64,000 nucleotides of DNA from Blepharisma stoltei ATCC 30299 (taxonomy: Eukaryota; Protista; Ciliophora), in the NCBI GenBank assembly GCA_965603825.1, contig CBFDEM010000052.1, positions 248,001 to 312,000 on the forward strand, written 5' to 3'. Under the pieces are notes generated by a model. The model saw only the letters and a program-made list of their open reading frames with translations. It did no database searches and had not been told where the DNA came from. Made by a program: the position numbers and the translations under genes. This document shows, piece by piece, positions 45,286-56,964 of the stretch. Position 1 is the first letter of the stretch; every line of letters begins with the position of its first letter.

Positions 45286-45645
45286 CTAAGGCAGTATTTT
45301 TCGCAATGTAGGTATACTTAATGGCTTGATAAAAACATCATCCATTCCAGAATTTCTTCCTTTAGCAATTATCTCAGGATCAGAATCTGCTGTTATTCCA
45401 TAAACTTTATTGACTTGGCCTAAGCCAAGATCTTTAATGCATCTAGTAGCTTCGAGTCCATCCATCTCAGGCATCCAGAAGTCCATCAGTACAATGTGAA
45501 ATTTCCCTGGTTCGCTTTCTAATTTTTCACAGCACTCAATTCCATTGGTAACAATTTCGCTTTCAATGGATAAGGACGAGAGCAATGCTTGCACTGTTGA
45601 TGCACAAAAGTCATCATCATCTGCAATTAAGACTCGAGTTGCCAT
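45286..45645 (-). CDS. Stand-alone response-regulator receiver (CheY-like) protein
   Basis: VLIADDD, VLMDFWMPEMDG (phospho-acceptor Asp), GITA, FIKP. Confidence 0.9.
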   Translation of the reverse strand: MATRVLIADDDDFCASTVQALLSSLSIESEIVTNGIECCEKLESEPGKFHIVLMDFWMPEMDGLEATRCIKDLGLGQVNKVYGITADSDPEIIAKGRNSGMDDVFIKPLSIPTLRKILP

Positions 45646-46138
45646 TTTATTATGTTTGCATAATTTTTAATTTTGTATACTATTTTAAGAAATATTCCTA
45701 TAGATTGCCTTACTGAGCACAAGTAAAGTGCATGCTTTTTAATTTTTCTCATTCTTGATATTATGGTTTCTTGAATTTAATGTAAAAATTTATCATTTAA
45801 AATAATGAGTATAAATTGTTTTTAATAAGTATTGAAATTCAGTAATATTACTAGTTGAAGTCTAGTATCTCCATGTATTAATTATAGAATTGGAAGCTAT
45901 TATAGTGATTGAGCTGAGAGAAAAACATGATAATTGATATTACTGATCATTTTCAGCATTTAACAATAAAATCTTCTAATTAAGATAAAATATGATAAAT
46001 TAAACTTACTGTGTCAAGTAGAAATGAATTATAATTATTATTTTGCCCTTTCCCATATTTGTATTCAAGCAGTGGCTAAGACTATAAATAAAAAATTAGA
46101 CAATCCATTTATTCAAATTATCTATTCTGACGAAAATA

Positions 46139-46594
46139 ATGCTTCTTTGACAAAAGTTGCAAATACTCATTCTACTATTTTATGTAGGATCTTGCGATAT
46201 GGCCCAAAACAGTCCCGATACCTTTCAAAGTCCTGATTTTACTATTCCAGAGCCTGTGAGCAGCTCTAATAAAAGAAGACCGGATATCGTCTTGGAGTTT
46301 ATGGAAGAGAATGGACTTAAAGTTTGGCATCTTATAGTGGCATTGATAGGATTGATTGCTATCTGCTTTTTACTGTTTTATCCGTGCATGCATCTTTTAA
46401 AGATTCGGAGTCAAAACAATACTCGTCATCTTGAGGAACCGTTACTGGGCAGCAAGCAATTTGGAGATTCCTTTGAAATAATTGTGGATGCCCCTGAAAT
46501 AAATTTAAATGATCATATAGAAATCGATTTGCCTACTTTTAGGCATTTCTCTTATTTTCCTTGCGCAATTGCTAGGAGAACCCCTTTAGCTTAG
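46139..46594 (+). CDS. Small single-pass membrane protein, 151 aa
   Basis: ATG 46139 MLL[W]QKLQILILLFYVGSC signal-like segment; TM VWHLIVALIGLIAICFLLFY; EEPLL dileucine-like motif. Confidence 0.65.
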
Positions 46595-46987
46595 GCTATC
46601 AATATAAAGCTAATTTTTGGTTTAAAATTGACTAATCTTAAAAATTCTATTGCTCTCCAAATGCAAAGCATTTTTACGAATTATTTATTGATTGTATATT
46701 TTCTTATAAAACATTATGATGCTTTATATTAACCCTAAAGTCTTTAAAGATTTGTGAGCTATAAAGCTCTAAAAGGTAATTGAGTTATAAAACTCACTAT
46801 ACTTATATATGTAATTGTATTATCTTAATGCTTTGGCTTCAATATCTTCAAGTTTTCAATAATTCTCCTATGTCACCAGAGTCTCCCAATTTCAAAAACA
46901 AGCCCTGAGCCCACAAGCACTGGTAAGGCACGATTAAATATAAAATTTCTTTGAAGCTTCATTTTCTTTAATAATTTTATAAAAGTA

Positions 46988-47443
46988 ATGTCTGAATTAA
47001 AAGATCAAGTTTTCCAAGCTACAGAAAGAGGAGACCTAGAAATGGTTACAAAACTTGTTGAGCAATTTCCACATCTAGTAAATGAAATTGTCAATGAGAT
47101 GGACTTGAGAAATTTTGCTGCTCGGCATGGACAGTATCAAATCTTGCAAAAAATAGGATTACCACAAGACAAGGATGGGATTTTAAAGTTAATTAGACAA
47201 GCCAGCATCGATGGGTATAAGGAAACAATTGCGGTTTGTATGTGTGCTTTAGCTAAGTTGTTCGATTATAAAAATTTAGAGGCTGAAGAATATCAAACAG
47301 TTTTACAAATAGTTCCAGAAAGAGCCAAAGGATCAGTTTATTATCCTTATTTATGGGATCGAGTAAAGGGCTTATTGTGGGCTTATAAAAAAGGAAATCT
47401 TTCAACTATTCCAATCAAAAAGGTGGCCAAATATTTATTTTAA
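46988..47443 (+). CDS. Ankyrin-repeat protein with a C-terminal box
   Basis: ATERGDLEMVTKLVE, AARHGQYQIL, ASIDGYKETI; tail WDRVKGLLW...IPIKKVAKYLF. Confidence 0.75.
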   Translation: MSELKDQVFQATERGDLEMVTKLVEQFPHLVNEIVNEMDLRNFAARHGQYQILQKIGLPQDKDGILKLIRQASIDGYKETIAVCMCALAKLFDYKNLEAEEYQTVLQIVPERAKGSVYYPYLWDRVKGLLWAYKKGNLSTIPIKKVAKYLF

Positions 47444-47552
47444 TAATTATTGCTCACAATTTATAAATTCCATCAAGTCTTGATCTTATAATGTTAGAAA
47501 TCTTAAAAATTGCAAATTGATTCAAACTCTTAGAATAATAAATTCATAAATA

Positions 47553-48131
47553 ATGGAATCAGCAGCAGATCCAGAAATTAAAAACCTTGAAGAACCTCTT
47601 CCAGGCGTCCCCAATGATGAAAAAATGATGAAACTAATGGTCCAAATCAGAATGATTCTAGCTTTAAAATATGCTAAAACAGACAATCAGCCTTCAGAAG
47701 TTTTGGAAAATCTTTATATAGGTAGTGTTGGAGCTGCCATGTGTAAGAAAAATCTTAAAGATCTAGGTATCACTCACATTTTAATTGTAGCTGATCAGCT
47801 TGCCCCTGCGTTTCCAGAGGAATTTATTTATAAGCAAATCAATATTCTGGATTCTCCTGATTCAAATATCATTGATACTTTTACTGATGCTTTTCAATTT
47901 ATCGACCAAGGACGAGCTCAAGGTAAAGTTCTTGTTCACTGGTAAACGCTATTTAGCTTTGCAGGCAAAAGTCGATCTGGGACTATCTGTATTGGATATG
48001 TGATGAAAGAAAGAAATTGCTCTTTGCTTGATGCCTTTAGATATGTTAGAGAAAAAAGAGATGCAGTTTTGCCTAACACAGGATTTATGAATCAGTTGAA
48101 GCGATATGAAAGTGTTCTTAATCCTAATTAA
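47553..48131 (+). CDS. Dual-specificity protein phosphatase, 187 aa; 15-nt intron at 47942-47956
   Basis: Splicing restores VHCFAGKSRS (HCX5R); C-terminal PNTGFMNQL. Confidence 0.93.
47942..47956 (+). other. 15-nt intron GTAAACGCTATTTAG
   Basis: Restores the DUSP catalytic Cys codon. Confidence 0.93.
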
Positions 48132-48152
48132 GCTATTGGTTAAATTAATAGG

Positions 48153-51100
48153 TTAATTATAATAATTCTTGGTTATTCCTTTGACCATTATTTTAGGAGA
48201 TAATGATATGGAATATGCTTCTAATTGACCTTGCTTGGATGGAATTTGATACCTGTTTATTCCAGATTCAAGTGGAATGGATGATAAAACGTCATTGCTG
48301 TATTTTGCAGTCCATTTTCCAGTCAATAAACTCATGTGCGGACATTTATTCGCTATTTTTATGTGTCGATTAAATTTGTTAGCTGAAGCGCATATAATAT
48401 GTCTTGGAACATATACTATGTGCGTAAGAGCAAATTCTATCTCTTTGTTTTGCTCGAACTCCATATATTCCACTGATTTTGATAGCTTACTATTCCCACC
48501 TAAGAAAAGAGTAGTTATATGTAGATCATTAACAATTTTCCAAGTTTCTGAAAAATGCTCTGGATCAATTCCTAGGATGGCAGCATTTCGGATATCTTGC
48601 AAATCTTTTACAATGTCCTTATTTTCATAAGTATCTGCAAATTCTCCCAAGCAAGAAAGAACTATTGGAACTAATAACGGCTTAAACCATGCATCAGCAT
48701 CAATTCCAATATAAATTGGAAGCTTATGATTTTTAGGCTCTGGCCTACCTTTTTTTGAGCTTTGCTTGATTTCTTCTGCACTCCTAGTACTTTCTACTTT
48801 GGCTCTAACAACTTCCTCATTTCTTCTTGTAGGCTCTTTAGTTTCTTCTTCAAACCCTGAATTTCCTTTCTTTATAAAATCAAAAAATTTTCCTATTTCT
48901 GAAGTAATTTTAGGAACTGGGTCTACTCTTGGTAACCTATCAGCATATTGTTCAATTAATTCTACTAGATCTCTAATTATATTTTCATTTGGTAAACTTC
49001 CAGGCCTTGAAGCTGTCAAAGTTTTTGATACAACAAACCTCATATTTTCATCGACTTCAAAAGCATTTTCTTCAGTAAATGGTAATCTCATAATATAATG
49101 GAATCCATTATTCAAATAATCGTCAAACCTAACATCTCTATACATGTTATACATCATTAAAACCACTGCAACTCTTTTTGAAAGACTTCCAGTTAAAGTT
49201 TCATGCTCGGTTCTGTTTCTTACCCTGACTAGACATTGTATTAGAAATGATAAAGAGAGTTCATATGTAAGAGTTTGGTCTCTTTTGTTATCATTTATTA
49301 CAAATGGAGTGCTGCATTCAGGAACAAGAGCTATGACTCGAATTTGGGTTTTTTTAGGTGCATTTTTATTAATATCACCAAAGGTTCTTTCAATAGAATT
49401 AGGAGGGTGGTTTTTGTCAAGAAATATGACATGGCATTTGGATTTTGTTTCCATTTCTTTTGATATGTCTTTGGCAAATTTTTTTCTTGCAGTTTTATTG
49501 GTTTTTTCAAAAGCGTTATCTTTATCCCAATTTTTTGAGCTCTCCATATACTCTTTCATGCATTCTTCTCTTATTTTATCTGATGATATAACGGAAAAAG
49601 TAACCCCTTCGTGCTTTTCTACAGCTGATTTGAATGATTTGATTATGAATGATTTTCCCATAGCTGGGATACCCATAGGAACAATTACAAAAATTTTATT
49701 GGATTCAACATCAATGGATAAAGTAGATTCAACTGATTTTGTTTCTTCTGGAACTCTATTTCTCAGCAAATCAATTTTCATTTTTAAAGCTAAAATAAAC
49801 TCAGATAGATCAATATCAAACCCTTCTAACACGAAATCTCTGCTTTGTTCTTCAATTAACAGTCGAGAAGCTGTGGCTTTATTTTGAAATTCTTTCAGCT
49901 TTTTATGATGATCAATTTTTAAATACCCAGCCATACCATCAGGCATTGCTTTATTTTTTTCTCTCTTGCATTCTGCTATAATTTCTTCAGATTTTTGGTA
50001 TCCGTCATCTGTAGTCCTATAAAAAGCAAAAAGAGTATTGCTTGGGACAGGATCTTCTACAGCACTAAATCCTAGAGGAAAGCAAACTGTCAAGCCTTCT
50101 TTTATTGTCATTCTTTTGTTTCAATTTTTCTCAATGTTTTTGGGTTTTAAAGCCTCGCATATTGTATCCTTTTCAGATTTATCTAGCACAAAAGGTGGAG
50201 TGATAATATTAACGATAAGGGGATTTAGCTCTGTGATAAATTGCTCATTATTAATTTCCTCGTCACGGATTTCAGGATTTTTGCCAGCATTGACTCTATC
50301 GATTATCATATCAAGAAAATCAATATATCCTTCTTTAAATTTTTTTCCTAATGCTTTTTGTTTTTCAACAAAAGCAAAAGCGACTTCAGCTATTTTGAAA
50401 TAATAATCTAAAGGCTTCGGTAGCTCAATTTCCCCTGCTAATTCTTGAGTCTCATTTATAAATTTACTTAAGCTTGTTTTTGCAGAAACTTTTTTCTTCT
50501 CTGAAACCATATTTTTTATTTTTTCTCTCAGCTTTCTGAAGATCCTGTATTCAAGAGTTTTCATTTTTGATGCAGATAGAGCAATTTGGCTTAAAATTGC
50601 TTGCGAAAGCTCTTCTTCTGTAAAATTACTAGGTTGATTGCCAAAAATTGTAGAGTTTGCAGCATATAATACTGAGCTATCAGGAGTTTGATTTTTGAGA
50701 AGATAAATAACGCTTCCTTCCCCTTCATCTATTAAGGCTTCTGATGATATTTTATTATATAAATTGCCTAAGTTTCTATATAATTCATCAAGTGTCCTCA
50801 TGTTCCCAATGTATTCCACTTTTACTCGATTTAGATGATATTTTTCGAACAATGAAAATGCTTTTAATGGTGGCATAAAGGAGTATGGAGAGTTGTTATC
50901 GACATAGGAAAAAAACAATATGGTAGTTTCATTGTATTTTACTAAATGCTGATATTCTTTATTGCCTACGTATTCACCCACAAAGGTAAATCCATCTAAG
51001 TCCCTTTTTAAATCTTCTATTAGATCTCTGCTTAAAGTGCTGATGTGCTTAAACCACTCGACTCCAATTAGTTTTGCAAAATTAAATCTTTCTAGATTCA

Positions 51101-51767
51101 ATAAATCAAAATCTTCTTGACTTCTTGCGGCTATGCTGACATTTTTTGATGAAATTATCCAGGCATCAAGTGGTCTAGCATATGATACCTGCGCATTCTC
51201 TCCATTTGCCTTATTTGTTTTATATACTTCAACTGATGCTCCTTCTCTTATAATAGCCTCTTCAGCATCATAAAATATAATTTTCCTTAATAGCTCTTTT
51301 TGGGAATCTTGACTGTTATATCTTATTGGAAAATTCCCAGCAAAGCTTCCAAGTGTGTTCAGGTTTTTTGTGTTGTTTTGAAAAGTAAACTCTGGGTACA
51401 AATCAAAAAATTTCTGCATGCCTCTTCTTACGAACCAGGCATTTGAGTAGGTATAATTCATTATCATTGATGGCGTATCAGCCTCAATTTCATCTTTTTT
51501 GTCTTTTAGCTGGATCAAAACAGAGTTTCCTCTTCTAATGTTATTTCTCAAAAACAGTTCTTTAGTGTATAGTGCATCTTCTTCGAAGCTGCGGCCCTGC
51601 AAATTAAATGATATGTCGAAAAGCTTAAAGTTATCTTTAAATGGGATTGGGCTTTCAACTGCCTTTACCTGTTTACTTGGTTTGCTGGTTGCACACCATT
51701 CAAGGATCTCTGCTGGGCCAAAAATTGTGTTTGGTTCAATGAAGACTTGCTCTTGCTTTTTACCCAT
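48153..51767 (-). CDS. TRL1: Trl1-type tRNA/RNA ligase (adenylyltransferase + P-loop kinase + 2H cyclic phosphodiesterase), 1204 aa
   Basis: Two ORFs joined by TGA 50121-50123; ligase motifs KANG, SKN, TFVGEY..QH, EGSVI, KMKT.EY; kinase GIPAMGKS and DKNH; CPDase HIT and HMS. Confidence 0.78.
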
Positions 51768-51809
51768 TTATTATTACAATAGACAGTATCAGTTTCTAAT
51801 AAAACCTTA

Positions 51810-54635
51810 TTACACTAAAACACGAAGAATGCTTGAGCTGATATCATACAAAAATGTTTCTAAATACTGACCTAAGATATTATGTGACTCTATGCTAGAA
51901 GTTCTCACTTCGCTTCTAACAGTTTTCGATATTTTTGTTCCTGTTAAAACAATAGCGATTCTATCACCTTGAAGAGTGGCTGCTTGAAAGCCAAGCCTGA
52001 ATCCATCAGAATCAATTGTTTTTACGGCTTTTTCCATGTGCTTGGAAAGTGCTTCACATAGCTCCTCAATGCTTTTTGTCAGTTCGCATTGCACCATGTG
52101 GGAATAATTCAGCCGAGTCCACAAACTCAAAAACTGTGTAATTGACCCAAATGAGGAAATGTCTTTGAGCAGAAAATCAGAAAAAGGGACAATATATGCT
52201 TGAGATGAGTACTGGACTCCTTGATCTAAAGGAACAGTGCTGTCTTCAATTGACAGAAGTAAGCTGATAGAAATTTCTCCTGAATTTTCAATGATTGCTC
52301 GGACTTTTCACTCATAAGATCCTAAGGTAGAAATTGATGGGATAATAGAGCTAGTTCTCTGTTTTAGTGCAAATCTTAAGTTTTGAGATAGCAAAGATTG
52401 AACTTTTATGTTTTTAATTTCAAACTTTGTCATATTGAAGAACCTAAAACAAAACACAACAAGCGAGTAGGGAGGATAAATGACATGAGTGCATTTGACT
52501 CTAACTGGATCTGCCAGTCCAGAAATTTCATTCATAGAGAGGCATCTTCAGTTCATTTCTTTAGGAATTGCTGTTATTCTTAGCAGTTCCATCGGTTTGT
52601 CGCTGTTTAAAGTTTCATGTCTTCTTTCTGATTTGTTGAAGATGTTAAGAGCAGCATGTAAATAATCGTGAAAACTTGATTCTGTGTATTTTATGTTAGA
52701 ATTGATTTTTCGCTCCATAAGAATTGAAAACTCATCGACTTCGAAAACCTCTCCTGATTGGTATCTTCCAAGAATCCCTGAAACCTTTTGGGCAAGATCT
52801 AAAATAGGGTTATTTGTGGCTGAATTTTCAACGACCTCGCTAAACTGGGTTAAAATTCTTATAATGTCATCTCCAATTCTCCCAGAGTATCTTAAATAAA
52901 AATGCAGACAAGAAGTCAAGAGAAATTCTAAACTTTGAGCTGTCGTCACAGTCATTGAAGCGCTGATAAACCCAAGCATTTCGCTGCTGAACAATTCTAG
53001 TCTAACTATCGATAAAATTCTTCTTAGATCTTCTTCTGAAGAAGGAGTCCAGAATTTTGCAAGCATAAGTAATGCCAAATTTCGAGAAAATCTGCTTGGA
53101 ATATTAGTCTCAGTTTGTTCAAACCTTCTCATCAGAAGCTCCAAGCTCATTTGAAGCCTTCCAGCAAACTCTGGTTTGTCTTTAGAAGCTCTTCCAATTT
53201 CTTCAAGCAGCATAAAATTATAAGCCGGGGCAAAAGTCCTTTCCTCATTTCCTTCTCCGCACACCCAATCAATAACCCTAAAGCAAATATCACTCACTTC
53301 AAAAGCAATGATCATTCATGAATCATTTGAATTTCTATGCAGTAAACAAGTTTCTACTAGACAAGCTAATAACTCTTCTCTGAAATTCGAAGTAGATGGC
53401 TGGCTTCATATTTCTACAAACCAAGGCTGTGAAAATAATTGATAAATTGCTGAATTTTGTTTGGACTCTAGAAGCTGCAACGATAAAGTTACCAGTGAAG
53501 TCAAACAAGTAAGGACCACAGATAATCTATCAACTTTTGCTGAAATTCTGCATGAAAATTCAAGAGTTTTTAAAGAAATTGAAAGCTGCTGAGAAATTGG
53601 CAGGCGAGATAATCCGCCACTGACCAGTAAAAGAGATGATGCAGGAGTTTTATCATATAGAGATAAAGCTAAAAGTTTATTGCACATAATCCAAATAGTA
53701 GATGAATGAGAGGGAATAAGCATTAGACACCTTGCAGCTCCCCAAACCACCCCTTTTTCGAGATGGTGAAGCATTGGTAGAAGACTCTCCGTTTCAAATT
53801 TTGTCAGAATCTGTTCGCTTTCAGGCCTAAGTGTTACTAGTTTGGCTGCTGGATATAGAGTATGAAATCTATATCTTGGGTCTAATGCATTCATCCTTGA
53901 GAGTATTTGCTCAATGTTCGGATATAAGGGTTCACATATATACTTTATAAGGGGCATTAACAGCTCCTCATCACTACCGTTTGCTTCTAACTCTTGTGAT
54001 AATCCTCTAATTCTTCCTATTTCGCTCTCTTCAAAAAGAACTCTTAACGCTGATAATCCATATATGCAGAGATTATCATCAGCACTCATAACCAGGTTTA
54101 CCAAATACTTAAACATTTCTCTAATCAAATCTTGGGTTTTCAGATTTTCAGCTCCTAATCCACATCATAATCTAACCAAAATTCCAGGTAACGCATCCAA
54201 AAATGCATATTGAACGTTTTTACCACTTTCGCCTCTCATGGCACTTAATATAGCTTGTTCTTGAGATAAGAGAAGCTCCAGAGTTTGCTCTATAGGGAGC
54301 AAATATAGCATCCGCATTGCATAAACTTGAAACTCAGGATCTGATGATGTTCCTATATCAGTTGATATTGGGCCGTATAAGCTATCTCATGGAAGCTCAT
54401 AGAGAGTGGCAGCGGATTTGACAATTAAATAAGTTATCTGTCGAATATTTCTCTGTGCCCCAGAATTAAAGCAATTTTCCAAAATTGCAGGTAGCAGAGG
54501 TTGGATGTTTCTTTCATTTGATATGTAGAGAAGAACTTGGTTTAACGCTTCAATTTGTTTACTGATTTCTTTAGGGTTTTGATTCCAGTTTTGGGATTTT
54601 AGAGGCAAAAATGTGGCCCAATCTATCACCTCCAT
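51810..54635 (-). CDS. TPLATE: TPLATE-like beta-adaptin-type subunit of the TSET complex, 941 aa
   Basis: Five ORFs joined through six TGA; segments [W]DSLYGPISTD..SDPE, FREELLACLVETC, AFEVSDICFRVIDW, ISGLADPV, YIVPFSDFL..FLSLW and GFRLGFQAAT parallel plant TPLATE in order (recalled, not searched). Confidence 0.72.
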
Positions 54636-54926
54636 GATGTAATATATGAAAAATTTATTTGCTAGCATATTTTCAGTATTGGAATTGTTGAAGTAAAAGA
54701 ATTTACATTGAAGAAAATATTGATCTGCTGCTAGTCTAAATACTCAGAGATGCTTTAAATAACTTGCACAGATAACGAAGGAAATTGTAGAATAAAATAA
54801 TTGCAGATTTGGTGAAGGCTTTTCATCTCACCTTAAGTTAATTATATGATTTTATGAAAAACAATATACAAAAAAGCAGACATTTTAATCTATTAATTAG
54901 AATTTTGTTTGTTTGAATATCACTAA

Positions 54927-55187
54927 ATGGCAAGCAAAAAGTTATTTTATTATCTAGAGAAGAGGCTTCTACCTTCAAAAATCAACCCAATGTGGAAGAC
55001 ATATCTAAAAAAGAGTCATAATGCCATCGATAGCAATGAAAGTGTGGCTTCTCAATATCTTTTACTACAAAAATCAATTGCAAAATACAGGAAGTCAGAA
55101 GTAGACAGAGAAGCAATGAAAAATATTGTGGAAGATCTTAAACGAAGAAAAGATGAATACTTAACCCATAGGTACAGGCAACGCTAA
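54927..55187 (+). CDS. Small basic protein, possibly FMC1-like mitochondrial factor
   Basis: 86-aa ORF; W..YL...A.QYL.L..SI..Y pattern, weak. Confidence 0.5.
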   Translation: MASKKLFYYLEKRLLPSKINPMWKTYLKKSHNAIDSNESVASQYLLLQKSIAKYRKSEVDREAMKNIVEDLKRRKDEYLTHRYRQR

Positions 55188-55249
55188 AAAAAGATAACTC
55201 TTATCACCCCAATTACTCCACTGATTATTAATCTAAATTTATCATAAAG

Positions 55250-55792
55250 CTAATCATAGTGCTGTCTCTTGTGCTTATGCTTCTTCGATTTTTTATGCTT
55301 TTTTTGATGATCGCTTTTATGCTTTATGCCTTCTGCTTCAATTTTGATAGCTTCTTTTTCTCTTTTTGACTCTCCTCCTTTTCCGCCAAATACTCTATTA
55401 GCTGGGTCAAATCCAAGCCCAGTAATTTTATGTCCTTGATCTTCTAAATCTAAACCTTCTTCGGCTCCTCTTTTGCTTAGTAAAGTTTTATATTCCGCTT
55501 CTGAAAGCTGGGCTTTTTTCTTTTTGCCAGGATTTGCCAATCCTAATGACTCTCTTAAGTTTTGCATATCTTCATCTCTGATTTTTTGTTTTTCAGCTTC
55601 ATCAGCTTCCAAATCCTGAGGAGCTTTAACCCACCAATCTTTTTTCCTCCATCTTCCTCCTTTGTCAAGAAATCCCAAATTTACTGTGCTTCCCAAGTAG
55701 CATTCTCTGTCTTTATAGGACATTACCCTCACATCTTCCCATGAAAACAGTCCTCGTCCTCCTCTATTTCCTTCTCGAATAGGAGTAAACAT
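55250..55792 (-). CDS. MMTAG2: MMTAG2 (C1orf35)-like protein
   Basis: REGNRGGRGLFSWEDVR...DRECYLG; basic His/Lys-rich tail. Confidence 0.85.
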   Translation of the reverse strand: MFTPIREGNRGGRGLFSWEDVRVMSYKDRECYLGSTVNLGFLDKGGRWRKKDWWVKAPQDLEADEAEKQKIRDEDMQNLRESLGLANPGKKKKAQLSEAEYKTLLSKRGAEEGLDLEDQGHKITGLGFDPANRVFGGKGGESKREKEAIKIEAEGIKHKSDHQKKHKKSKKHKHKRQHYD

Positions 55793-55943
55793 ATTTTTTA
55801 AAATATTTATATGAATTCGTTCTCTTAAATCTTACAACAGAATTTTAAATTAAAAAGATTTGGCTCATAAGTTCTTAACTGCTTTACCATGTTTGAAACT
55901 TCTACTATCCTAGTCTGACAAAACATAAACCATTTTTGCAAAT

Positions 55944-56951
55944 ATGTCAAAGTATTGCGCAATCTGCTGTCTTTATGAAGAGCCTAGTGCTTTTATGACA
56001 CTCTCTTGTGGCTGCAACTTCTGCAAGAATTCTATTAGTCAATGGGTTCTTACCCAAATAGAAAAATATTATCAAGCTGACTTCCAAATCACATGCCCTC
56101 TAGGAACTCTTGGCCATACAATGAGTGAAGATGATATAAGAAATTGCCTTACTGAATATGATTATCAGGTTTATGCGAATTTTTTGCTTAAAAGAGAGCT
56201 AATTCGTGATAGCTCTTTCAAACAATGCCCGTCAAAGAATTGTGATTACGTAGGATGGGTTGATACAAAAATTTCATGTATGGATACTCTGCTATGCCCA
56301 AAATGTAAAACTAAATGAAAAGATCCTAGCTTAAAACCAGCGTTTTATAGGCTTAAAGATGATGCTATTAGGATTATACGAGGAGAAAGCGACTTTTGAA
56401 GTAATACTTGGAAGGAGTTATGGGTGAAATATTGCCCTAAGTGTGACTCCCCTATTGAAAAAAACGGAGGATGTCATCATATGACCTGCATAAACTGCAG
56501 GCATGAATTCTGTTGGGACTGTTTGCAGGACTATAAAAATCATATATGGAATTATTGTGGATTAAACATTCTTTATTGCTGGGGATTTATAGTCATTTTG
56601 ACGATATTGTTTTTATGCAAAATTACAATTTTATCAGATACAATTTTAGATTTATTATCATTCATCTTTTGGAAGATTTTATTATTTACTGCGGGGGTTA
56701 TAGGGGTATGGGCAGTTTGTGGGAGCATAATACTAGCAGTTACTTATTTAGATCAAAAAAAATATAGATGCTACACATCCTGTCAAAAATTTACTTACTT
56801 CATATTCAATTGTGGAATTTTCATATATTTCTTGTGTGGAGTAGTATTTTTGCAAGACTTCACAATTGAAGTTTTTTTCCTAGCCTTGAATTTCGGAATA
56901 AGTTTTCTTCTTATACTGCCATCAATATTTTTGCTATATCAGCGAATTTAA
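55944..56951 (+). CDS. RBR (RING-IBR-RING) E3 ligase with a multi-TM C-terminus, 335 aa
   Basis: RING1, IBR (QCPSKNC..CPKCKTK[W]) and RING2 [27 protein letters not shown]; two TGA=Trp. Confidence 0.9.
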
Positions 56952-56964
56952 ATTATATAATAAA

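Noticed and set aside
49144-49887. 247-aa plus-strand ORF and many similar antisense ORFs (e.g. 2851..3147, 48277..48630, 57944..58204)
   Set aside because: Ser/Phe/Leu-rich antisense shadows of real K/E-rich genes, with no motifs.
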